This document shows positions 48,062-57,614 of a stretch of 64,000 nucleotides of DNA, in pieces. The translations under genes were made by a program, and so were the position numbers. This DNA is from an uncultured Gemmatimonadaceae bacterium (GTDB lineage Bacteria; Gemmatimonadota; Gemmatimonadetes; Gemmatimonadales; Gemmatimonadaceae), in assembly GCA_963740355.1 (NCBI GenBank), contig CAVUDW010000003.1:1600001-1664000 (forward strand), written 5' to 3'. Under the pieces are notes generated by a model. That model saw nothing but the letters and a program-made list of their open reading frames with translations, made no database searches and was not told the origin of the DNA. The first letter of the stretch is position 1; the number at the start of each line of letters is the position of its first letter.

Positions 48062-50203
48062 ATGACAGATCGTGATGCGAGCGAGACGACTCGAACCGTG
48101 CATCCTCTCGTGCAACGCCTCGCCCGCGCTGCACTGCGCACACGCGCACTCGAGCTGGATCTCCCCCCGACCACAATCGGCAAGGTCACGCTCTGGCCAC
48201 ACCAGGTCGACGCAGTCCGATGGCTGCAGGCACGTATCCGTCGCTACCACGGCGCGCTCCTCGCCGATCCGCCAGGACTCGGCAAGACCTATGTCGCACT
48301 CGCCGTCGCCGCAAAACTCGGCGGCCACCCCCTGGTCGTCGCGCCAGCCGCGCTCCGCCAACGCTGGTTCGACGCCGCCGAGGAGACCGACATGCGCATC
48401 TCGTTCGTCAGCACCGAACGACTCAGCGCCCCAGCCGACTACCTGACACACAGTGCTCGCTTCATCATCATCGACGAAGCACATCACCTCCGCACACGCA
48501 CGACACGACGACACCAGCGCACCGCAGCCCTCTGCGCCAATGCGCAAGTCCTCCTCCTCTCCGCCACTCCCGTCCAGAATCGGACACGCGATCTCGAGAG
48601 CATCACGTCACTCTTCCACCTCCCACCCAACCCAGAATCCGCAGCCCTCCTCCGCCGCAGACTCACCCTCCGACGCTCCCTCTCACAGATCAACGCGGCC
48701 AGCCACGTCAATACAGGCGTCGCGGTCTTGCCCACACTCCGCACCCGCACCCCTCCACGCCTCGCGATCCAACACGAGAGGCTGCCTGCGGAACTGCTCG
48801 CAATTCCATCGCTTGACGATCACGGCCCCGAAAGCCACGCGCTGTTTCAGCTCGGACTGCTGCACGCACTCCGCTCCAGCGATGCTGCCGCACGCCTGCG
48901 CATCCAACACCGGATCGCAGCCACCATCGCGATCGAACACGCGACCGCCGCCTGCATCCAACCAACCGCCGCCGTCAAGCGAGCCTGGTCATGCACCGAC
49001 GGCGACATCCAGCTCGCCATGCCGCAACTCCTCGGCTTCCCGCAATCGCAAGATGCGGACACCCGAATCGCCTCTCGCGCACAGATGCAGCGAAGATCGC
49101 TCGAGGCGCTCTTGCCTCAGCTCACCGGTGCCAGTGACAAACAGCGTGCGCATGTGCTCAGGCGACTCGCGCGATGGTCCGCGACGCCCGTCGTCGCATT
49201 CACGCAATTCAGCGCGACGGCCGATGCAATTTACCGGACCCTCAAGCGAGAAACCGGCATTGCAATGTTGACCGGCGATTCCGCACAGATCTGCACCGGC
49301 ATCATCAGCCGATCGGAGGTGCTCGAGCGACTCCTGTCGCCGAAGTTTCGTACGCGCCAGGACGCCGTCCGGCTGCTCATCACGACCGATGTCCTGAGCG
49401 AAGGACTATCCCTTGCCGGTGTCGGTACCGTCGTGCACCTCGACCTGCCCTGGACGGCAGCGCGACTCGACCAACGCGTTGGCCGCGCAGCGCGCGTCGG
49501 CTCACCAGTGCGCGAGGTGCGCGTTCTCACACTCGGCGCACCACTGCCTGCAACCACGCAAACCGCCATCGAAAAGCTGCTCGCACGCAAGCGTCGATGG
49601 ATGACCCGGTACGTCTCGTTTTCAGATGACGAGACCTCGCTCATCACCACCCTTGTCCAACTCCGAGGCCCGCGCGCGATCGCGGCTGACGACACGCAGT
49701 GGCTCGAGGTCGAGTCGGATCGCGTTTCGGCTGACCTCATCCTCGCAATCGTCCGCTGGGGTGGCAGGCGAACCCTGATCGTGATGCAGGCCGACCAGTT
49801 GCGTGCGCCGACCGAGACCGATTGGAGGGCCCTGGCCGCGGCACGGGAAGGTACAGGAGAGTCTTCAGGTCGGCCCTCGCGGCGAGGTGCTGACATGCGT
49901 CGTCGATTGCGCCGAGCATTACTGTCGCGTGAGGCGAATCTCGCGCTCAGCAGTCTCGTCGCGGATCGACAGGACCAACGCCTCATTCGTCGTCAGCAGG
50001 CCGACGAGCAGCTACTGCAGGGCAACCGGAGTGCGCGGGCCGCGAGTGCTGCCACAGTCTCCATCGCACGGCGACACGTCATGACCACACGAGCAGGTCG
50101 GATGCCCGACCTCTTCGAGGACGACGCACCCGGCGCATCAGGAAGCTGTCGGGCGAGAATTCTCGCAGGTGTGCTCCTCGTGCCGTCGGCCCGCTGCACA
50201 TAG
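48062..50203 (+). CDS. SF2 (SNF2-like) helicase/ATPase
   Basis: LWPHQ, LADPPGLGKT, IIDEAH, LLSATP, TDVLSEGLSL, DLPW...LDQRVGRAAR. Confidence 0.88.
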   Translation: MTDRDASETTRTVHPLVQRLARAALRTRALELDLPPTTIGKVTLWPHQVDAVRWLQARIRRYHGALLADPPGLGKTYVALAVAAKLGGHPLVVAPAALRQRWFDAAEETDMRISFVSTERLSAPADYLTHSARFIIIDEAHHLRTRTTRRHQRTAALCANAQVLLLSATPVQNRTRDLESITSLFHLPPNPESAALLRRRLTLRRSLSQINAASHVNTGVAVLPTLRTRTPPRLAIQHERLPAELLAIPSLDDHGPESHALFQLGLLHALRSSDAAARLRIQHRIAATIAIEHATAACIQPTAAVKRAWSCTDGDIQLAMPQLLGFPQSQDADTRIASRAQMQRRSLEALLPQLTGASDKQRAHVLRRLARWSATPVVAFTQFSATADAIYRTLKRETGIAMLTGDSAQICTGIISRSEVLERLLSPKFRTRQDAVRLLITTDVLSEGLSLAGVGTVVHLDLPWTAARLDQRVGRAARVGSPVREVRVLTLGAPLPATTQTAIEKLLARKRRWMTRYVSFSDDETSLITTLVQLRGPRAIAADDTQWLEVESDRVSADLILAIVRWGGRRTLIVMQADQLRAPTETDWRALAAAREGTGESSGRPSRRGADMRRRLRRALLSREANLALSSLVADRQDQRLIRRQQADEQLLQGNRSARAASAATVSIARRHVMTTRAGRMPDLFEDDAPGASGSCRARILAGVLLVPSARCT

Positions 50204-50227
50204 CAGGCCGCGCTATATTGCGTCACG

Positions 50228-50920
50228 ATGACACACTTACCGACACGCGCGCCGCGCCCAGTGCTGTTCGATCTCGACGGCACCTTGGCAGACACCATCC
50301 CGCTTTTGTTGGCATCGATGCGCGCTGCGTACGCCGCGATCGGCGGTGAGGTGCCCGGCGAGCGCGAGTGGTTGCGTGGCATGGGCACACCGCTGCGTGC
50401 GCAGTTCATGCTGTGGGAGTCCGGCGACCTCGCGCGAGTCGAGGCGTTGATCGAGGTCTATCGCAATTTTCAGGTCGACAACCTGGCGACGTTTGTCCGT
50501 GAGTACGATGGCATCCGGAGCTTGCTCGATGCTTTGCAGGCCGCTGGGCATCCCATCGCGGTCGTGACCGGCAAGGGTGATTGGATGGCACGGATCACGC
50601 TGGAGCACGTGAACCTGCTCGATCCCTTCGAAGTCATCATCGGCGCTGATGCCACCACCAAGCACAAGCCGGACCCGGAGCCGTTGTTGCTTGGTGCGGA
50701 GCGGCTGGGAGTGGCTGTTGAAGGTGCCGTCTACGTCGGTGATGCGCCGAATGACATTCTTGCGGCGCGTGCGGCTGGCATGATTGATGTCTGGGCGGCG
50801 TGGGGACCGTTTCCCTACAGCGAACTCGAGGCCTTCTCGCCCACCCATCGCGTGGATACACCCATGGGTATGCTCGACCTCATTCGCCGCATCGATGAGG
50901 CGCAGCTCGCCGCCTCTTGA
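50228..50920 (+). CDS. HAD-superfamily hydrolase (PpaX/phosphoglycolate phosphatase-like)
   Basis: FDLDGTLADT, KPDPEP, YVGDAPND. Confidence 0.93.
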   Translation: MTHLPTRAPRPVLFDLDGTLADTIPLLLASMRAAYAAIGGEVPGEREWLRGMGTPLRAQFMLWESGDLARVEALIEVYRNFQVDNLATFVREYDGIRSLLDALQAAGHPIAVVTGKGDWMARITLEHVNLLDPFEVIIGADATTKHKPDPEPLLLGAERLGVAVEGAVYVGDAPNDILAARAAGMIDVWAAWGPFPYSELEAFSPTHRVDTPMGMLDLIRRIDEAQLAAS

Positions 50921-51013
50921 GCGCTGGCGATGCCACGCACCAGAGCCGAGTACGAAACATCCTTCATGGCGCAGGCGTAGGTTCGGACAGACCCAACAAC
51001 TGGAGTAGTCGTA

Positions 51014-51817
51014 ATGTGGAACCGGACCCCGGCCATGCTTTCGTTTGTCCTTGTCGCGGCCCTCACGGGTTGTGTGCGCGGCAAGCCGACCACTGAGACG
51101 TTCAGTTGGAAGGGTCCGGTGAAGGCCGACACCTGGCTTCGGCTGCGCAACGTCTCTGGAGATTTCGAGATTCGGCAGGGCACGGGTGACAGCGCTGAGA
51201 TCCAGTTCGTGATCGAACGCTCGAACTCCTTTGCGCCGACGGCGGAAGTGAAGGTGCTGCAGCAGGGCGACGGCGTGCTTGCCTGTGTCCTCTACGGCGA
51301 AGGCACCAACTGCAGCGCCGCTGACTACAAGGGTGGCAACACCGAGAACTACAAGAGTCCGTCGTTCCTGCGAGGGTCGACGAATGTGCATGGCACGGTG
51401 ACGTTGCCTCGCGGCGTGAAGCTCGACGCCGAGTCGGTGAATGGCGACATCAGCATCTCGTCGGTGGCTTCGGAGATGGTCATTGCCACCACCAATGGGG
51501 ACATCGAGGTGCGCGGTGCCACGCAGGCGGTGAAGGTCACCACCACCAACGGTGACATCGACCTTGGCATGGATGCGGTGGGCAGCGGATTGCAGGTCGA
51601 GACGACGAATGGCACGGTCAAGGTCGAGTTGCCGGCGACGCTCAATGCGGTGCTCAACATGCGCACCACGAACGGTGAGCTCGACCTTGGATTCCCCGGC
51701 AATATCACCACGAAGACCGCAAAGCAGATCCTTGCCACGCTTGGGTCGGGTGGCTCGCCCATCGACATCAGCACCACCAATGGCGACGTGATGCTTCGGC
51801 AGCGGGGACAGCCCTGA
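51014..51817 (+). CDS. DUF4097 beta-strand repeat lipoprotein
   Basis: Lipobox LTGC; repeated TTNGD(I/V). Confidence 0.85.
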   Translation: MWNRTPAMLSFVLVAALTGCVRGKPTTETFSWKGPVKADTWLRLRNVSGDFEIRQGTGDSAEIQFVIERSNSFAPTAEVKVLQQGDGVLACVLYGEGTNCSAADYKGGNTENYKSPSFLRGSTNVHGTVTLPRGVKLDAESVNGDISISSVASEMVIATTNGDIEVRGATQAVKVTTTNGDIDLGMDAVGSGLQVETTNGTVKVELPATLNAVLNMRTTNGELDLGFPGNITTKTAKQILATLGSGGSPIDISTTNGDVMLRQRGQP

Positions 51818-51880
51818 ATTGGCGTCGGTGACTCGTTGTCCGCGAGGCGAGCAGGACGTGGATGCAACGGCGTCGTTGAC

Positions 51881-51917
51881 GAAGGGCCCGGTGCGCAGCG
51901 ATGCGACCGGGCCCTTT
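51881..51917. terminator. Terminator hairpin between convergent genes
   Basis: AAGGGCCCGGT...ACCGGGCCCTTT. Confidence 0.75.
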
Positions 51918-51948
51918 CTGCGTTCGCGTTGTCGAGTCGCGCGCTGCG

Positions 51949-52239
51949 TCAGCCAGCGGCCAGGCCTTCGATCACGTTGGCGAGGTCGATGTCCTTCTGT
52001 GTCAGGCCGCCGGAGTCGTGTGTACTGAGCGCGATGGCGATCTTGGTGTAGCGGATGTCGATGTCCGGATGATGCTGGGCCGATTCAGCGGCATCGGCGA
52101 TCCGGTTCACGAAGGCGATCCCAGCCGGGAAGCTTGGCATCGTGAAGGTCTTGCTGATCACGTTCGTGCGGCGGCTCCAGCCTGAAAGCTGGTTCAGGGC
52201 ACGCTGGATCTCGATATCGGACAGGACGGGCGCTGCCAT
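51949..52239 (-). CDS. phhB: Pterin-4-alpha-carbinolamine dehydratase
   Basis: AESAQHHPDI, LSTHDSGGLTQKD. Confidence 0.93.
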   Translation of the reverse strand: MAAPVLSDIEIQRALNQLSGWSRRTNVISKTFTMPSFPAGIAFVNRIADAAESAQHHPDIDIRYTKIAIALSTHDSGGLTQKDIDLANVIEGLAAG

Positions 52240-52441
52240 GCGGAGTGGCTCGATGCGGCTGAAGGGCGGACTAGGCCGGCTGGTGACCGACCGGCGATGT
52301 CTGATCCTCGTACCCCAATGGGTTCGGCACAAGGGCTGTGGCGAAGCCGTCGACCTCGTATTCGTGAACGTCAGCGGCGCCGTTGTGTTTCATCAGCTGT
52401 GCGAGTCGACGCACTGCCTCTTCATCGCCTAGCCTTCTCGC

Positions 52442-53542
52442 ATGCTTCGTGTCACTGATTCCGGCCTCTACTGTGAGGCCGGCGACTTCTTTATCGATCC
52501 GTGGCGGCCTGTGCCGCGTGCGGTCGTCACGCATGCGCACAGCGACCACCTCACCTGGGGATGCGGCCACTACCTCGTATCGGAACGTGGTGTGGGGGTG
52601 TCGCGCGAACGCCTTGGGCAGTGGCAGGATCGTGTCGAGGGTATTCCGTTCGGCGAAGTGCGCACCATCAACGGTGTGCGCGTCTCCCTCCATCCCGCCG
52701 GCCACATCCTCGGCTCTGCGCAGGTACGACTGGAGCTCGGTGGCGAAGTCTGGGTGGCGTCGGGTGATTACAAGACCGACCCCGACCCCACCTGTGATGC
52801 GTGGGAGCCGGTCCGCTGCCACACCTTCATTACCGAGAGCACGTTCGGCTTGCCGATCTACCGCTGGCCTGCGCCACGCGCGGTGTTTGCTGACATCAAC
52901 GCCTGGTGGCGCGACAATGTCGCGGCGGGTCGCACATCGCTCCTCTTCGGCTACGGCCTTGGGAAGGCGCAGCGGCTGTTGGCCGGCCTCGATCCGACGA
53001 TCGGGCCGATCCTCGTGCACGGTGCCGTCGATCGCATGACCGAGCTGTATCGAGAGGCTGGCGTCTCGATGCCTGACACGAGTTATGCCACGACGGCGCG
53101 CAACGAAGCAAAGGGTGCGATGGTCGTGGCTCCGCCGAGTGCGGATGGCAGCACCTGGGCACGCAAGTTCGGGGCACAATCCACGGCCTTTGCCAGCGGC
53201 TGGATGCTGGTGCGTGGTGCGCGTCGGCGTCGGAGTGTGGATCGCGGGTTCACCCTGTCCGATCACGTCGACTGGCCGCAGCTGTTGGGCGCCATCGACG
53301 CGACCGGCGCCGAGCGTGTGCTGGTGACGCATGGCTTCACCGGGCCCGTGGTACGGTGGTTGCGGGAGCGTGGGTTGGCGGCCGATGCGTTGTCCACACG
53401 GTACGAGGGCGAGCGTGACGACGCACCGGATGCAACCAGCGCACCGGAATCGGGCGACGGCGCTGACGCCACTCTGACAGGCGCGCAGCTGCCCAATGCA
53501 GCGTCATCGGGAAACACGCCGGGCGCCGAGTCGGCCGAATGA
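52442..53542 (+). CDS. Ligase-associated DNA damage response exonuclease (MBL fold)
   Basis: FIDPWRPV.RAVVTHAHSDH, AGHILGSAQ, ITESTFGLP, LSDHVDW. Confidence 0.93.
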   Translation: MLRVTDSGLYCEAGDFFIDPWRPVPRAVVTHAHSDHLTWGCGHYLVSERGVGVSRERLGQWQDRVEGIPFGEVRTINGVRVSLHPAGHILGSAQVRLELGGEVWVASGDYKTDPDPTCDAWEPVRCHTFITESTFGLPIYRWPAPRAVFADINAWWRDNVAAGRTSLLFGYGLGKAQRLLAGLDPTIGPILVHGAVDRMTELYREAGVSMPDTSYATTARNEAKGAMVVAPPSADGSTWARKFGAQSTAFASGWMLVRGARRRRSVDRGFTLSDHVDWPQLLGAIDATGAERVLVTHGFTGPVVRWLRERGLAADALSTRYEGERDDAPDATSAPESGDGADATLTGAQLPNAASSGNTPGAESAE

Positions 53543-55146
53543 AGGCATTCGCCGAGTTGTACGACGCGATCGATCGCACCACTGCGACGCAGGGTAAGGT
53601 TGCGGCGTTGGTCGAGTATTTCGGTACAGCGTCATCCGCAGATGCGGCTTGGGCGGTGTCATTCCTCGTTGGCCGCCGGCCGAAGCGGTTGATCAGGTCG
53701 GGCGACTTGCGCGCGTGGGCGGCGGCGGCGGCTGATGTACCGGATTGGTTGTTCGAGGAATCGTATGCGCAGGCTGGCGACCTGGCCGAGACCATCTCGT
53801 TGCTCGTGCCGGAGTCTGAGGAGGAGCCGGCCGAGTCATCACTCGCATACTGGGTCGAGCAACAACTGTTGCCACTCGGGCAGATGGATCCGGCGGCGCA
53901 GCGTGATGCGTTGCTCACGATCTGGCGCACGTTGCGTGGTGGAGCGCGTTTCGTGTTCAACAAGTTGATCACCGGCTCATTCCGTATGGGTGTGTCGGAT
54001 GGCTTGCTGGTGCGCGCGCTGGCGCAGGTGAGCGGTGTCAGTGGTGACGCGATCAGTCATCGCCTGATGGGCAAGTGGGAGCCTAGTGGCGATTGGTATG
54101 CGCGACTGATGCATCCCGACACCGATGACGCTGATTGGAGTCGGCCCTATCCGTTCTATCTCGCGTATCCGCTGGAGCAGGATGTCGAGTCGCTTGGTGG
54201 CGTGGACGAGTGGCAGGTCGAGTGGAAGTGGGACGGGATTCGAGCCCAGCTCGTGCGGCGTCGGGGCAAGACGTTGATCTGGAGTCGTGGCGAGGAGTTG
54301 CTTGCGGGCCGATTTCCGGAGGTCGAACAGACCGCGGAATTCCTGCCAGACGGCACCGTGATCGACGGTGAACTGGTGGCGTGGCGCGATGGCACGCCCC
54401 TTCCCTTCACCGAGTTGCAGCGTCGTATCAACCGCAAGACTGTCGGCAAGAAGCTGCTCTCCGACGTGCCCTGTGCGATGATCACGTACGATCTGCTGGA
54501 ACTCGGAGGTCATGACATGCGCATGGCCACGATGGTGGAGCGCCGCTCGGGTCTTCACGCACTCGTGCGAAACCTGCCCACTGGTGGCACCATGCACATG
54601 TCGCCGATCATCACCGCTGCCAGCTGGGACGAGATCCACGCGGCGCGGGCCGACTCGCGCAACCAGCGCGCAGAGGGACTGATGCTGAAGCGTCGCGTCT
54701 CGCCGTATGGTGTGGGGCGGCGTGTTGGCGACTGGTGGAAGTGGAAGGTCACGCCACTCACTGTTGACGCCGTGCTCGTGTACGCGCAGTCCGGGCACGG
54801 GCGTCGCGCCGGCCTCTATACCGACTACACCTTTGCCGTGTGGGACAACGAGACGCTGGTACCATTCGCGAAGGCGTACTCCGGGTTGACCGACGTAGAG
54901 ATTCGGAAGGTGGACCAGTACGTGCGGCAGAATACGCTCGAGAAGTTCGGTCCCGTGCGCACGGTCACACCGGGCCTCGTGTTCGAGCTGGCGTTCGAAG
55001 GGATCCAGGAGAGCACGCGCCACAAGAGTGGCATCGCCGTGCGGTTTCCACGCATCAGCCGGTGGCGGACAGACAAGTTGCCGAAGGACGCTGACTCGTT
55101 GGCCACGATCAAGGCAATGTTGCGCGCCGAGTGTGGGGAGTCGTGA
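53539..55146 (+). CDS. ATP-dependent DNA ligase
   Basis: EWKWDGIR, IDGE, EGLMLK, WWKWK, AVRFPRI..WR.DK. Confidence 0.95.
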   Translation: MKAFAELYDAIDRTTATQGKVAALVEYFGTASSADAAWAVSFLVGRRPKRLIRSGDLRAWAAAAADVPDWLFEESYAQAGDLAETISLLVPESEEEPAESSLAYWVEQQLLPLGQMDPAAQRDALLTIWRTLRGGARFVFNKLITGSFRMGVSDGLLVRALAQVSGVSGDAISHRLMGKWEPSGDWYARLMHPDTDDADWSRPYPFYLAYPLEQDVESLGGVDEWQVEWKWDGIRAQLVRRRGKTLIWSRGEELLAGRFPEVEQTAEFLPDGTVIDGELVAWRDGTPLPFTELQRRINRKTVGKKLLSDVPCAMITYDLLELGGHDMRMATMVERRSGLHALVRNLPTGGTMHMSPIITAASWDEIHAARADSRNQRAEGLMLKRRVSPYGVGRRVGDWWKWKVTPLTVDAVLVYAQSGHGRRAGLYTDYTFAVWDNETLVPFAKAYSGLTDVEIRKVDQYVRQNTLEKFGPVRTVTPGLVFELAFEGIQESTRHKSGIAVRFPRISRWRTDKLPKDADSLATIKAMLRAECGES

Positions 55147-57614
55147 GCGAAGGATTCAATGCGGCGATCGACGGGTGGTTTGCGGGGAATGGGTGGGAGC
55201 CATTCGCGTTCCAGCGCGACGTGTGGCGCGCCTATGCCGCGGGCTCATCCGGCCTGATTCATGCCGCGACCGGCACTGGCAAGACATACGCCGCCTGGCT
55301 GGGGCCACTCGCCGCCTGGCTCGAGGCAAATCCTGCGGCCACAAAGCAGAAGAAGCGCAGCGCGCATGCGCCGCTGCAGGTGTTGTGGATCACGCCTCTG
55401 CGTGCCTTGGCGGCCGATACCGAGCAGGCGTTGCGTGCACCGATCGACGCGCTGGGTGTGCCGTGGACCATCGAGTCCCGCACTGGCGACACCGCGGAGA
55501 AAGTGCGTCGGGTGCAGCGTGAGCGCTTGCCGAGTGCGTTGATTACGACGCCCGAGTCGCTGGAGTTGCTGCTCTGTCGAGAGGATCAGGAGGCGTTGTT
55601 CGAGACGCTGCAGTGCGTGATCGTCGACGAGTGGCACGAGTTGATGGCCACCAAGCGCGGCGTGCAGGTGGAGCTCGCGCTGGCGCGGTTGCGTGCACTC
55701 TGCCCCACTCTGCGGACGTGGGGACTGTCCGCGACGCTCGGCAATCTCGACATCGCATGTGAGACACTGCTTGGGCGTGATGCCAGTGGCGCCGCGAACG
55801 ACGGGGTGCTGGTGCGCGGCATCGTGCCGAAGGAGATCATCGTCGAGTCGCTGATTCCCGAGTCGATGGAGCGGTTCCCGTGGGCCGGGCACCTGAACAC
55901 GAAGCTGTTGCCACAGGTGATCGAACGGATCGAGTCGGCGCAATCGGCGATCATCTTCACCAATACCCGATCGCAGTGCGAGATCTGGTACCAGTCGATC
56001 GTGGCTGCACGTCCGGAGTGGTTCGAGACCATCGCCATTCACCACGGATCCCTCGACAAGCAGCAGCGTCAGTCCGTGGAAGATGGGCTGAAGAGCGGCC
56101 GATTCCGTGCCGTCGTCGCCACCTCCTCGCTCGACCTCGGCGTGGACTTTGCGCCGGTTGACCTTGTGATGCAGATCGGCAGCCCCAAGGGTGTTGCCCG
56201 GTTGCTGCAGCGCGCGGGGCGCTCAGGGCATTCACCCGGTCGTGTGTCGCAGATCGTCTGCGTGCCGACACATGCCTTCGAGCTGGTGGAGGTGGCCGCC
56301 GCGCGCGACGCGATTCGTGAGGGCAAGATCGAGAGCCGCGACCCCGTCGATCGGCCACTCGACCTTCTGGCCCAGCATCTCGTGACGCGCGCCATCGGCG
56401 GCGGCTTCACTCGGCCCGAGATCATGGCCGAGTTGAAGACCACGCGCGCGTATGGCGCGTTGACCGATGCGGAGCTGGACTGGGTGCTCGACTTCATCAC
56501 GCACGGCGGGGCGGCGTTGCGGGCCTACCCCGAGTACTCGCGCGTGACGAACGAGTATGGGCACTACTTCGTCAGCGACACACGCGTCATCCAGCGCCAC
56601 AAGATGAGCATCGGTACGATCGTCGGCGATACGGCGCTGGCGGTGCGGTTCCTCACCGGCGGCAGGCTCGGCACCGTAGAGGAGAGTTTCGTCGCCCGCC
56701 TGAAGCCGAAGGACCGCTTCATCTTTGCCGGGCGTGCGCTGGAGTTCGTGCGAGTGAAGGACATGACGGCGTGGGTACGGAAGGCGCGCAGTTCGTCCGG
56801 CGCCGTGCCCAGTTGGCAGGGCTCGCGGATGCCACTTTCCACCGAGTTGTCGATTGCGGTGCGCGACAAGCTGGAGGAAGCGCGTGTGGGCGAGTACCGC
56901 AGTCCGGAGATGGTCGCGGTACGTGGCATCCTGCAGCTTCAAGCCGAGCGTTCACTGATTCCATCGCCGGCGGAGCTGCTGATCGAGCGTGTCGATACGA
57001 AGGAGGGGCATCATCTCTTCATCTATCCATTCGACGGCCGCCTAGTGCACGAAGGCCTGGCGGCGCTCTGTGCCTATCGCATTTCGCAGCTGGCGCCGAT
57101 CACCTTCAGCTTCGCGTGCAACGACTATGGATTCGAACTCCTGTCACCGGAGCCGATTCCGATCGAGGAGGCGCTCGAGTCGGGGCTGTTTGCGACCACC
57201 CACCTGTTGCACGACATCAAGCAGTCGCTGAACGCCGCCGAACTCGCTCGGCGGCAGTTCCGCGAGATCGCGCGAGTGGCGGGCCTGATCTTTCAGGGGT
57301 TCCCCGGCCAGGCCAAGTCAGTGAAGCAGGTGCAGGCATCGAGCGGGTTGCTGTACGATGTCTTTGCGAAGTACGACCCCGAGAACCTCTTGCTCCTGCA
57401 GGCGGAACGTGAGGTGCTGGAGCGGCAGCTCGAAGCCAGCCGGATCGGCGCCACGCTGAAACGTCTCGAGCAGAGCACCGTACGCTTGATGGACGTGGCG
57501 CGACCGACGCCGTTGGCGTTCCCGCTGTTGGTGGACCGCACACGCGCCAAGTTGAGTTCCGAGAAGTTGGTCGATCGCGTGAAGCGCATGACGGCACAAT
57601 TCGAGAGAGGGTAA
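55143..57614 (+). CDS. Ligase-associated DEXH-box helicase (Lhr-core)
   Basis: TGTGKT, ITPLRAL, DEWHE, LSAT, LDLGVD, LQRAGRSGH. Confidence 0.94.
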   Translation: MSEGFNAAIDGWFAGNGWEPFAFQRDVWRAYAAGSSGLIHAATGTGKTYAAWLGPLAAWLEANPAATKQKKRSAHAPLQVLWITPLRALAADTEQALRAPIDALGVPWTIESRTGDTAEKVRRVQRERLPSALITTPESLELLLCREDQEALFETLQCVIVDEWHELMATKRGVQVELALARLRALCPTLRTWGLSATLGNLDIACETLLGRDASGAANDGVLVRGIVPKEIIVESLIPESMERFPWAGHLNTKLLPQVIERIESAQSAIIFTNTRSQCEIWYQSIVAARPEWFETIAIHHGSLDKQQRQSVEDGLKSGRFRAVVATSSLDLGVDFAPVDLVMQIGSPKGVARLLQRAGRSGHSPGRVSQIVCVPTHAFELVEVAAARDAIREGKIESRDPVDRPLDLLAQHLVTRAIGGGFTRPEIMAELKTTRAYGALTDAELDWVLDFITHGGAALRAYPEYSRVTNEYGHYFVSDTRVIQRHKMSIGTIVGDTALAVRFLTGGRLGTVEESFVARLKPKDRFIFAGRALEFVRVKDMTAWVRKARSSSGAVPSWQGSRMPLSTELSIAVRDKLEEARVGEYRSPEMVAVRGILQLQAERSLIPSPAELLIERVDTKEGHHLFIYPFDGRLVHEGLAALCAYRISQLAPITFSFACNDYGFELLSPEPIPIEEALESGLFATTHLLHDIKQSLNAAELARRQFREIARVAGLIFQGFPGQAKSVKQVQASSGLLYDVFAKYDPENLLLLQAEREVLERQLEASRIGATLKRLEQSTVRLMDVARPTPLAFPLLVDRTRAKLSSEKLVDRVKRMTAQFERG

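Noticed and set aside
44922..50203. Calling the MTase-helicase pair BREX or DISARM
   Set aside because: No pglZ, brxC, brxL, drmA/B/C or DUF1998 partners are adjacent.
52271..52393. 40-aa small ORF MKHNGAADVHEYEV... upstream of phhB
   Set aside because: No clear RBS or recognisable motif; cannot be supported.
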